Assembly (NCBI GenBank): GCA_001179505.1
Contig: CDMY01000797.1
Location: 1 to 19,321, forward strand
Direction of reading: 5' to 3'
Length of the DNA stretch: 19,321 nucleotides
Source of the DNA: Vitrella brassicaformis CCMP3155
Taxonomy: Eukaryota > Protista > Chromerida
Positions 1 through 9,331 of the stretch are shown here, piece by piece. Numbering within the stretch: the first letter of the stretch is position 1; each line of letters starts with the position of its first letter. The translations under genes were made by a program, and so were the position numbers. Below the pieces are notes generated by a model that ran no database searches, had not been told where the DNA came from, and saw only the letters and a list, made by a program, of their open reading frames with translations.

Positions 1-699
1 CGCGTCCTCTACAGCAGCCACAGTGCCAAGTGGAGCTTCAATGACATTCGCTTTAGTTCAACTTTGCTGGGTGCCATCAAGGAGGCGAGATATGACGTGT
101 CGCCAACACGCAACATAATCGTCTTCAACAATGGATGTTGGGCGGAGGGAAGCTGTTGCCAGGTAGGGCATGGAGGGGTGCTGGATATCGGATGTATTCG
201 GATGTATTTCTCTCCTTTTTCAGGAATTCGTAGTACCCAGAGTATGCGGAACCAGCTACGGAGATCACCGGGCAGATATCGTTTCATCCTGCCAGAGGCT
301 TCCGGGATCCAAATATTTGATCTTCTATGCGTCTCCACGTTTGATTGACGTCTCAGCCTCCAAGGGGTGAGTGATCAGTCAGTCAGATAAAAGAAAGCAA
401 GTGCATTAAACACTCCCTACACAAACATAACGATGCATCCCTACTGTCACACATGCACTCCACTCACGTTACCTTACCCCTTACTGCCTGTGTCCTGGAT
501 CCTCATCATCAGGGAAACCAACAAGGTTTGTCCCGACACTGGGAACAGTCTCCGCGCCTGGCGGTATTCGACGAGCTACTCTGGCGTCCGTGCTCTCAAT
601 CTCGTCTGTCAGGACCCAGCCGTTTGTACAAAGTTGCCTGTTTTGCCATTTTCAGAGTGTCCTGTAGGAAGGTGCTATGGTAAGGACATGGTCTGGTAA
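1..699 (+). CDS. 3' part of an unknown Cys-rich protein, 5'-truncated by the window edge; exons 1-162, 224-366, 513-699
   Basis: Open frame from base 1. Introns 163-223 (GTAGGG..TTCAG) and 367-512 (GTGAGT..ATCAG) are phase-compatible and join three ORF-track fragments, ending ...GRCYGKDMVW-TAA at 699. No family recognised. Confidence 0.6.
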
Positions 700-903
700 C
701 GATTCTAGAAGCGCACGAATATGCGTGGTTGGTTTCGCTTTGGGGTTTCCGCGTGTGTTTTTCTTTTCTTTTCTTCCGCGGTTTGGGGCTTGGAATCTAC
801 ACGGCATGCAAGGAAAAGGCGATGGAATAAGAAGAGAGATTGCATGTGAAACACAACACCAAGTAGAACGGACAACTCACTTTGGCCAAAGGCCGCTACA
901 ACA

Positions 904-1066
904 ATATAACAGACGGCTACATCAACAATCCTCTCACTATCCCCCTTCTCCCCTTCCGCCTCTTCTTCTTTCTGCTTGAACTAATTGTCGTCCCCTCCTC
1001 TGACCCTGCTGTTGCTACCGGTGCGTCCCCGCCGACAACTGTATAGTGCCTAAGGCTTGCCTCCAT
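904..1066 (+). repeat. Dispersed intergenic element, copy A
   Basis: ATATAACAGACGGCTACATCAACAATCCTC, then a CT tract, then CTGTTGCTACC..GCCGACAACTGTATAGTGCCT..GGCTTGCCTCCAT. Aligns by eye with 6226, 8105, 11852(-) and 19184. Confidence 0.6.
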
Positions 1067-1580
1067 CTGCCGACGGTGTGCGATGTCGACGAGCCCGCTG
1101 TAGCTACGCATACTCCTCCGGTTCGCTCCGTAGCCGGGTGTGTGTGTAGTGGGCGTCGCACGGATGCAGTGATGAAACTATGAGGACCAAAGGCAAGCGG
1201 GGGCGCACCGAGACGCGATCCTGCTGTGGAGGCGTCCAGTTAACAACACACTCAAGTTCAGGATGGGGTTAGAGGGCAACTCCTACCGGCAGCTCAGAGA
1301 GAAGGCAGAGAGAGAGGAAACGAGGTTGGATGATGCAAAGGAGCAGTGGCCCGACGGGGGGCGCAACAGGCGGGCGCATACATCAACGAAGGAGACAGAC
1401 GTTTCTGCCCCATACCCAGCCGGAAAGAGGCCGGAGTAGTGAGTCGTAGTCGAGTTGCTCGGTGGGTGACCGTCCGCCCACACCTTAGACACAATCATGC
1501 AGACGCACGAGTGCAGACTTCGTTGCCATGAATGAGTGTGACGGACACAGAATTAAGGGAAAAGTGCCGGTCAGGTTCGA

Positions 1581-1632
1581 CACACACACACACATGCACA
1601 CACTCCACACACACAGCCATCGAGAGAGAGAG
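1581..1632. repeat. Imperfect (CA)n plus (GA)n microsatellite
   Basis: CACACACACACACATGCACACACTCCACACACACA followed by GAGAGAGAGAG. Confidence 0.85.
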
Positions 1633-2120
1633 GGAGGACTGACGGGGCACCAAGCGAGTGCTGCGTCAAGGTGACGGCACTTCAAGCGCGCCGGACAAGC
1701 GAAGTGCGCCAGCAAATCTGTGAAGCACAATCGATGCAGACAGATGCTCTGAGTCATCCCTGGTTCACAGCTTCCTAAGATATCCACTCAGTCCCGAGAA
1801 ACCGGCCAGGCGTCCTGTCTCCCCCAGCCCGGCGTCCTCTCCCGGCCGTTAGTTTCGCGGAGCTCGAGAGCGCCCCTCATCGCGACACAACAGCACACCC
1901 ACGCCACACACGGCAACACACGTCGCAACATGCACAAGATGGCAAAAGCAAAAGCAAAGCAAACAAAACACATGCGAGTTATGATATTGTGGTATTGAGT
2001 CAATTTGAAAGTTCCAACTGATCAGCCATTCATCGAATTACTCAACATTCATCTCGCCGGAATCGTCGACTAAGTCAGCTTAAGCCTTAATGCAATGCAA
2101 TATGTCTGATGCCTGACATG

Positions 2121-3438
2121 TTACACCCATTGTACAGAGAGGCTTGAAGGCCTAGGAACTGGCCACTCTGGCAAAATGGCCCGGAGAAAGTTGAGACAGG
2201 CATCGCGCCTCCCTTCACTGTTGCGCTTCTTCAGGGACTCACGACCTTCATGTCCATTGCAAATTTCCAGCCCATCCACGAACACGCCTTTTACAACGAT
2301 AAGTGTGTATAGTGTATACGTGTGTGTACATGTGTGTACTTGAGAGTTGACATTGCTTGCCTGATACTTTGTCGTCGTTAAGATGTGCAGCCAACCAATT
2401 CATCGCGATATCCTCACAGTTCCTCTCTCGATTGACCACGTCAATAACAGACCTTTGTCAATCAACATGACAGGTAGCGCAGAATATGTTTGTCACAGCT
2501 GCTTGCTCACCGAGGCATGAAATTCTTGTAGTCCTTAAGAAGCGATGTAGGCATCAAGGCAAGACTCGTCAAAGCGATATTGTTGTCATTTTTGTCGGAA
2601 TCGTAGTATAGCGCGTGCGAACCACTTGAACACTCATAAATGGAGCGTCGAAACCCTCTTGAAGTCACGATTCTTCCCGGAAACTGCCGAGCTGCGAGCA
2701 ATAGCTTATGGACTCCGCCTGGCAAACAGCGAATTTTGTGGCAGACGATGTTATTCTTTGTATCTTCTCTCACTGCACGAAAGCGATCTGTCGTCATCGA
2801 GCGTAAGCGTGAAAGGCGTGGTAACGTAGTCTGCGGCAAAAAATCTCTCTCCGATCCCCCTTTCACCCGGAATGATCCGCACCTTCGTGAACTTCCTTGT
2901 CATGTCCTTCAGCGCCCGGCGGAAACTGCGCAGTGATTGTTGAGGTGGTGCCCAGCTGTCTAAAATGATTTTCTCAATGAAAACACAATCATGCAGAGGG
3001 CCTAGAAAGGACGTGATCCACGAGGATGCTCGAAACGGACCGATTGCCACAGCCACAGTGACTTTCCCCTGAACGTCACAGATACGACAGTGGCAAAAAA
3101 ATCGGCTGTGCCCTCACCTGGAGATCTTCCAACGTGTTGCTGTTCATGTCAAGCGTTACTCTGTCTCTCACATGACCCTTAGGGGCAACGCTTTGGAGAC
3201 GGTCACAGCATGCGGCTGAAGACCAGTCGTTGAGCGTCGCGTTGTGCAGGCTGACGGTACCGTAGCGAGGTGTGGCGAGCGTTTTATCTCCATCGCAATG
3301 CGGCTTCGCGGGTGTTCTTTTTTGCAGCAGTCGGACGCGCAGCAATCGGGGATTGGGTGTCGCGTTGTGCAGGTTGAGCAGATCTGCTGTAAGGCGTCCG
3401 ACAATCACCCAAAACCAAGCCCCGCGAAGTAAGATCAT
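2121..3438 (-). CDS. Glycosyltransferase family 64 (EXTL2/exostosin C-terminal-like), about 360 aa; exons 3118-3438, 2774-3068, 2511-2718, 2361-2452, 2121-2287
   Basis: The spliced product has a hydrophobic N-terminus (MILLRGAWFWVIV) and GT64 motifs ERF..DYVTTPFTLTLDDD (DXD), ARQFPGRIV, RNCEDIAMN and RRDACLN. All exon phases agree and total 1083 nt. The last intron needs a GC donor. Confidence 0.85.
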
Positions 3439-4165
3439 GACAGCGTTACTCAGCCCGGTAAACGGTTAAACGGTCATTCGCGAAATGCCTCGCCCTTGAG
3501 CCGAGGCACATTCGGCGACCAATGCACCACGACGATGACGGCCACCGCTTCTCGATGTGGATGGGTACGAGGGGCTGAGTGATGAGGGGGCGGGTGAGGA
3601 GGGGAATGAGGAAGATGAGCAGGAGGAAGATGAGTAGAGATTCTGGTTGGTAGATTTGCCAGACTCAATGTACATAGGTTGCATCAAGGCGTTTTATTGC
3701 TCTCCTGACGTTAGACAACATTTCTTAAATGACCGATTTCGACCGCTCCATTTTTATTGCGCTCTATTTTAAATGTTCCTCTCTTTCGCGCGGACCGGAA
3801 CTGTCATTTGACTGACATGGTTTGCAGCCGCACTTGTTGCTGCCTTCCGGTCTCTCATCTGCATTTCCTTGATGTCGCGGTGCTTTGTAAGATAAATGAA
3901 TATCATTCGACTATGATACAGTCAGGATATTACAGGCACTCATGCACTTCCTGTCTAGTACGGACACATCAGGCAATGCATTGATCTAGCGTGTCTCGGC
4001 CGACCCATCTGTCTGATTGTTTTTTTTTTCGTTGGCGCTGGCGTTGGCGTTTGCGTTGCTCCAGTGGGTCCCGTTTGTGGTGCGGATCGGATAAGGTTCA
4101 AAGGTTCAACCAGGTCGGGGCAATCGAAGAAAAGACCCGTGTTGCTTTGTCTGTCGTTCCCGTCC

Positions 4166-5278
4166 CTAGCACACGGACAGGTGAGAAGTCCATCCCTCAC
4201 GGCGGCAGACATGACCTCGATTCACCTCACGCTCGATGTATCCATCTTTTGTCATTTGTGTCATGTCTGCAGATGTGTCCTTGGCATGGCGGGAACCTAA
4301 GCACGGGTAATCTTGAGTAGATGCATGAAGCGGGCACGGGTAATCTTGAGTAGATGCATGAAGCGGGCGACGAAGTTCGTCTAAGCATCAGTTGGTATCA
4401 AGCAAACAAAGGGAAACAATACATACAGAAAACAATGGACAATGTTGGATGACCGAAAACATGTCGCACACTGCAAACAAGCGTGAGACATGCAACATGA
4501 CATACACATTCAGGACCCAGATCCAGTCAGCCACCTCAAAGCCCCGCAGCGGGGCTGGTGTGTGGCCTGTATGGCCCGCAGCTGACGAAGTCCTCCGGAA
4601 ACGCGCTGGCCCTCCGTGGCCCTCTGGCGGCCGCCGCGCGCTGCGCACGACTTGCCACTTGAAAAGCGCTGTGCTTCATCAGCTCGACAATGATTGACGA
4701 TGCTCTCTCGGAAAGCTGTGTCCTCCTCTATGGGAATGAATGTGGGGCGAGACTTTCGTTTGGTGAGCAAACAGTCTCTCAATCACGTGCGATGTATACG
4801 TGAGTGATGGACGGATGAGCGAATGAATGATTCACCTCTGGATCTCTTTGCCAAGATCGGTGGATGAATGAATGATTTATCGGTCAACCTGAACATGGAT
4901 ATGGCCCGCTTAATCTGACCTTCAATTCCTTCACTACGCGAAATCAACCGTGTCTCTACTGCTCCTCTACCGTGTCTCTATTCTGCTACTGTGTCTCTAC
5001 TCCTCTACAAGTCAAGTCTGTCCCGCGCAGCTACGGATCGACCACTCCGTCTGCTCCCGCGGCTGTGTGCTGTCCCTGTCACCTAAAAGGCGCCAATACC
5101 CCGCGCGGCCACGTGGAGCGTGCGGCGGCTCCCAGGAGACGTTGTTCAGGCACCTAGAGTAGCGTCGAACCTGTGTATCGCTCCAATTATCGATGAAAGA
5201 CAGGTGGGACACATCCAGCTCGTCATCCTGGGCATGGCCGTTGTCAACGCTGTCGCTGCGGTCACTGCTGTCGGACAT
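4166..5278 (-). CDS. Tentative hypothetical protein, about 195 aa; exons 5083-5278, 4656-4727, 4506-4566, 4427-4470, 4166-4380
   Basis: Phase-consistent splicing (donors GTGACA, GCAAGT, GTATGT, GTATGT) gives MSDSSDRSDSVD...YWRLLEEDTAFRESIVNHCR...GFEVADWIWVLNVVRHVFGHPTLSIVFYELRR... No homology recognised. One intron is very short (35 nt) and one long (355 nt), so the model is uncertain. Confidence 0.35.
4301..4368. repeat. Perfect 33-bp tandem duplication
   Basis: GCACGGGTAATCTTGAGTAGATGCATGAAGCGG at 4301-4333 and 4334-4366, with no spacer. Confidence 0.95.
4948..5007. repeat. Imperfect 19-22 bp tandem repeat, 3 copies, core GTGTCTCTA
   Basis: CCGTGTCTCTACTGCTCCTCTA / CCGTGTCTCTATTCTGCTA / CTGTGTCTCTACTCCTCTA. 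Confidence 0.8.
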
Positions 5279-5839
5279 GTCGACTGTCAACGGAAACGTG
5301 AAGGCCCCCGGCACCATATTGCCCCGGCAAACCTAGATCCCCCAAATAGGCCCAGCAACGTTCATACTCTATGCAGAATGAAACTTTGTCTCACCTGCGC
5401 GCACATCTACTCACGCGAGTTTATTGAATTGGATACCGCGAAGCAGTATTCCCTTGAGAACTAAGCTTGATAAACTACTTGCTGAACCAATTACAACTCA
5501 TTCTTGAGAAAATCCATGGTCTTGTCCCCCCCTCTGCCGAATGTCTCCGCAGCGAGAGGCACGAAGCGGAAGCCGGCTGCTTGGGTGATTGGTCCATACT
5601 TGTCGATCTTGTCTTTCTCCGCTCACCTAAGCGAAGGACTCAATACATTGAAACGAAAAGTAAGAGGAAACATAGACGAGACGAGGAGTGCAAACTCGCC
5701 CTTCTCCCAACATTTTACTTTTCTGGGGGCCTTGCCTTGCCTTTGCTTCGCCATGTGGCGCGACACGGTGTCCCACCCGCCAGCTCTGCCGAGGACCGGG
5801 CGTTTCTTTTATGAGGGTGGCGTTGCTGATGCGATGGAA

Positions 5840-6067
5840 ATGTTGAGAAACCAATTAGCCTATAGCCGATGTTGTAACTACTGGGGGCCGACGCATCATT
5901 TCCCCAACAGGAACGCCTTCGGACCGCAGAACTACGGTACCCCCCTTTTTAGTCGTGCCTTTCCGAGGTTCTACAGTGTTGACTCCGGAATCGAACTGCC
6001 AACCCCTACGCAGTTGCCCAACCGCAGTTGCTCAGTAGGATTGTTCTCCATGTTGAGAAACCAATTA
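5840..6067. repeat. 18-bp exact direct repeats 210 bp apart
   Basis: ATGTTGAGAAACCAATTA at 5840-5857 and 6050-6067. Confidence 0.9.
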
Positions 6068-6225
6068 CATTACTGACCACTTGTGTTCATGAGTGTCCTG
6101 GCGTTTGCATGGCGCGGCCGATGCTCGGACACCACAGCGCGCGGGTTTGTTTCCTGAGGACCTCATTTCTCGAGGACCCTACAAAGCACATGCTACTGGC
6201 GATGATAGCATACGTGCACAGTACG

Positions 6226-6298
6226 ATCTATCAACAGGCGGCTACAATCAACAATCCTCACTCACGCTCCTCCCTCCTCCCCTTCGTCCTCCCTTCCT
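6226..6298 (+). repeat. Dispersed intergenic element, copy B (5' part)
   Basis: ATCTATCAACAGGCGGCTACAATCAACAATCCTCACTC followed by a CT tract. Confidence 0.65.
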
Positions 6299-6458
6299 TA
6301 GTCTTACAAGAAGAAGAGGAAGGCGAAGAGGGAGGGGGATGAGTGAGGGATGTTGTTTGTAGCTGTTCATATGTGGTAGACGGTTCGTCCAGCTACGCGA
6401 ACGGGTTAGCGAGTGTTGCTGTCAGTAGCATGACATGCCACATTGGATAGTCCACATT

Positions 6459-7016
6459 TCATGAAAGGGTCTTGCAGCGCGATATAATGGTCTGTGCTGC
6501 GGCTCTTGACAGGAAGAATAGAAAAAGGTGCAACGCAACCTTCATGGCACGAGAGATGACGCCGACGTATCGACCAATCAAATCCAGCCCTGCAAGCACA
6601 CCACCAGCCCCACGCATTGCATCCTGGTCCTTGTTGCTTCCTCCAACCAGCAGCGTCAACACAGACGGAAGAATGCGAAGCACAAGAATGGCCGCTGCCC
6701 CAATCAGCATCGCGATGTGCCACGGAGCGAGAGGCAAAGCCTGACAGAAAATCTCCTCCCAGACAACGCTCAAGATCCCCCCAAGGACCGACGAGCACAT
6801 CAGAGCCCTCCACAGCGTGGTTTCCGCCACTCCGTGGCGATAAAAGCACTCCAAGCTGAAGTCGTTCCGGGTCACACCAATTGGTGCTCCAGTGGAGGGT
6901 TGATCAGGTGCGGGTGCCTCTGCCGAGGGGGCGATGCGAGTCAGCCGGTCTTGCTGCGCCTGCAGGACCTTCTTTTGTCGGGCCTCGGCCCGCAGGCGCA
7001 GCTTCTCGGAGTTCAT
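6459..7016 (-). CDS. GET2/CAML-like tail-anchored protein insertase subunit, 185 aa, intronless
   Basis: The N-terminal basic motif EKLRLRAEARQKKVLQAQQDRLTRIA resembles the Get3/TRC40-binding motif of Get2/CAML. It is followed by a low-complexity linker and about three C-terminal hydrophobic segments. Confidence 0.65.
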   Translation of the reverse strand: MNSEKLRLRAEARQKKVLQAQQDRLTRIAPSAEAPAPDQPSTGAPIGVTRNDFSLECFYRHGVAETTLWRALMCSSVLGGILSVVWEEIFCQALPLAPWHIAMLIGAAAILVLRILPSVLTLLVGGSNKDQDAMRGAGGVLAGLDLIGRYVGVISRAMKVALHLFLFFLSRAAAQTIISRCKTLS

Positions 7017-7170
7017 GTCGCACACCGCGCGCTAAAGGGGGATCGGTCGGTCGGTGGCGGGCGCTAAAGGAGGAGGGGGAGGGAGTGAAAGCCAGCCAGC
7101 GGTTTCAGGGAGCACCCCTACCGGTGAAGGGAGGAAAGCGTTAGAGTTCGTAAAACTGATCAGCAGCTCA
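7017..7170. promoter_or_regulatory. Probable bidirectional promoter
   Basis: Only 154 bp separate the divergent ATGs at 7016(-) and 7171(+). Inferred from geometry only. Confidence 0.45.
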
Positions 7171-7991
7171 ATGTCAACTGTACAAGCTATGGAGGAAGGA
7201 GTCGTTCGGGCGCTGAGTGAGAAGGAGGATGCACTTGATGAGGAGATAAAGAGGCTCGAAAGGCTCGACGAAGATGAGCTCGAAGCTCTGAGAGCCCGGC
7301 GGATCACGCAACTTAGAAAGAAAGCCAGCGAACGGTGTGAAATGGTCAGCAGAGGACATGGGAGTTACACGGAAGTCCAGGAGAAGGAGTTCTTCGAAGC
7401 CGCCAAGAGGAGTAGCAAAATGGTAGGCAAAGTGATTCCCGAGTGTGTACGATTTTCCGTTTGGATGTATTTCAGGTCGTTCACTTTTATCGTTCGGCTA
7501 CGTGGCGATGCCAAGTGCTGGATAAACATCTAAGTGCTCTCGCTGTACGACACCTGGAGACGCGCTTCGTCAAAATCGATGCTGAGAAGGCGCAATTCCT
7601 CGCCGAAAGTAAGGGAGCTTCGAGGTATCACGTGCCCAGACTCGGGGGCGCCTTGTGTTGCTTGTAGGGCTGAAGATATGGATGCTGCCCACAGTAAGAT
7701 GGAAGATGGATAACGTATCTGCCGCGCAATGTGTTGTGTTACAGCTTGTGTTGGTGCGCGATGGCAAGACGGAGCACTCGATCGTCGGATTTGATGAACT
7801 AGGAGGCATGAAGATAGGAGGCATGATAGAACCAGTAATGCTGTCTGCCATTGTTACTAATTTCTTGTCCAGGCCACGATAACTTCAGCGCGGAGGACCT
7901 GGAATGTCTGCTGCATCGATGGAGGATTACAGACAATTGCAGAACCACCACACCGACCCAAGATCATCAAGACGATGAGCACGACGATTAG
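7171..7991 (+). CDS. TXNDC9: Phosducin-like protein 3 / thioredoxin domain-containing protein 9, about 196 aa; exons 7171-7422, 7476-7608, 7668-7693, 7745-7805, 7873-7991
   Basis: Acidic coiled N-terminus, then RGHGSYTEV.EKEFFEAAKRS..VVHFYRSATWRCQVLDKHL....HLETRFVKIDAEKAQFLAERLKIWMLPTLVLV.DG...HSIVGFDELGGHDNF, the PhLP3/Plp1 signature. Includes a 26-nt micro-exon, and the last intron needs a GC donor. Confidence 0.92.
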
Positions 7992-8104
7992 ATTCTTGCA
8001 TGTATGTCCGTGCAATAGTGAGGCCGGCGTATATGTACAGACCAGTCAGATCGACTATGTACACTTCTCGGATTATTGCGACTGGACGCCTTAGTGACTG
8101 CACA

Positions 8105-8215
8105 ATCTATCAACAGCGTGGCTACACTCACCCATTCTCCCCGCTCCCTGCTTCCACCATCTCTCCGGGCAGATCTCTGCCACTACCGATGCCCCTAACT
8201 TCAGGGCTTGACTCC
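8105..8215 (+). repeat. Dispersed intergenic element, copy C
   Basis: ATCTATCAACAGCGTGGCTACACTCACCC, a CT tract, then CTCTGCCACTACCGATGCCCC..GGCTTGACTCC. Confidence 0.65.
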
Positions 8216-8466
8216 TTCTTCCATCAACAAGGCCTCCTCGTCACACGTCCTCTGCACAGACGCCTGCCCGCTACGCTCCATCTCGAGCACGACAAACACA
8301 TAAGATATCCATACCCATATCTCATTCCATGACACGTGTGTCATCCCCGCTCGCAGCGCAAGTAGCAACACTGAGTAGATAGTAGATAGTAGAAAGTGGT
8401 GATGGTAGAGAAGGGTGTAGATAGAGGTGCGACCCACGAGTGAACACAACCGACCAGCCAGCCCTG

Positions 8467-8487
8467 GATTACGCTGCTTGTTGATAG
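8467..8487 (-). repeat. Short motif shared with 11429-11450
   Basis: On the minus strand, CTATCAACAAGCAGCGTAATC versus CTATCTAACAAGCAACGTAATC. Confidence 0.55.
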
Positions 8488-8653
8488 TAGAGAGAGGGCG
8501 TCTGGTGTTTTGTGTAAGACTTCCCATTCCTGATATTGGGCGTGTAGAAAATTAAGAGACAGCCACCAGATCATTCAGGGACTGCGTCTTCTCACTCACC
8601 CTGGTTCGAGAGAGATGTCTCACTCAAGTCTGTACGCAGGCGCTCACCACCTA

Positions 8654-8674
8654 CCTGCCTGCCTGCCTGCCTGC
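8654..8674. repeat. (CCTG)5 microsatellite
   Basis: Read directly from the sequence. Confidence 0.9.
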
Positions 8675-9331
8675 TTTCTCCATATGGACTGTGCAGACAT
8701 GCATGCACACTCAACACTACACGGAATCTCAAGACTATGGGCGATCCTGTGCTCAGGTGGTGGCAATGTATGCAGTGCGTATCGATACTGGGCCAGTGTG
8801 TTTCGGCGGTTTTAAGTGTGTCAGGGAGGAAAATTTTCGCAGATGCAAATGACACCTCAAGTCAACATCTGTCTCGCTCCATTTGCACAGAACACCTCTT
8901 GTGTTGATGACCGAAAATCCCTCGTGACCATAACACACAACTCAGAGACTGGCCGCGAGCAATATGGAAAAAACTTCTCTATCAGGGAAGGCTCAACAGA
9001 TGGTTCATGTCTATGGCACGTCGATTGATAGAAACATCCATGAAGAATCAGCCATCCCCCGAGACATGACTGATTGTCTATCAAAGGGGCAGTCAGGCAG
9101 ACACCGGCACATTTGATGATGTATCGTTGTCTGTCCGTCCGTTGGTATCCCATGAAGGCGTAGACAGCCCGCAATCATGAAAACATCCATGCCACACACC
9201 TTCACACGGGGCGAGCGGAGTCTCAGCCCCTTGTGATGCGTTTCTTAAGAATGCCGGTAGTCATTTCGCGTGTATGAAGCCGACAAATCGGCCTTGCGGA
9301 CAACCGGATAAATGCAGGTCGCGCCGAGCGA

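Noticed and set aside
1169-1175. snoRNA C-box GTGATGA
   Set aside because: No CTGA D-box or terminal stem within snoRNA distance.
1100-2100. Short ORFs between gene 1 and GT64
   Set aside because: Microsatellite-rich, with no consistent splice-phase model or homology.
4301-4368. 33-bp repeat as a CRISPR array
   Set aside because: Two abutting copies with no spacer, a eukaryotic context and no cas genes.
5987-5996. tRNA B-box-like GTTCGATTCC on the minus strand
   Set aside because: The T-stem does not pair (GGCAG/CCGGA), there is no cloverleaf, and there is no same-strand A box. Not a tRNA.
5504-6076. 190-aa plus-strand ORF
   Set aside because: No recognisable domain or coding-like composition, no splice support, and it spans the 18-bp repeat structure. 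Left unannotated.
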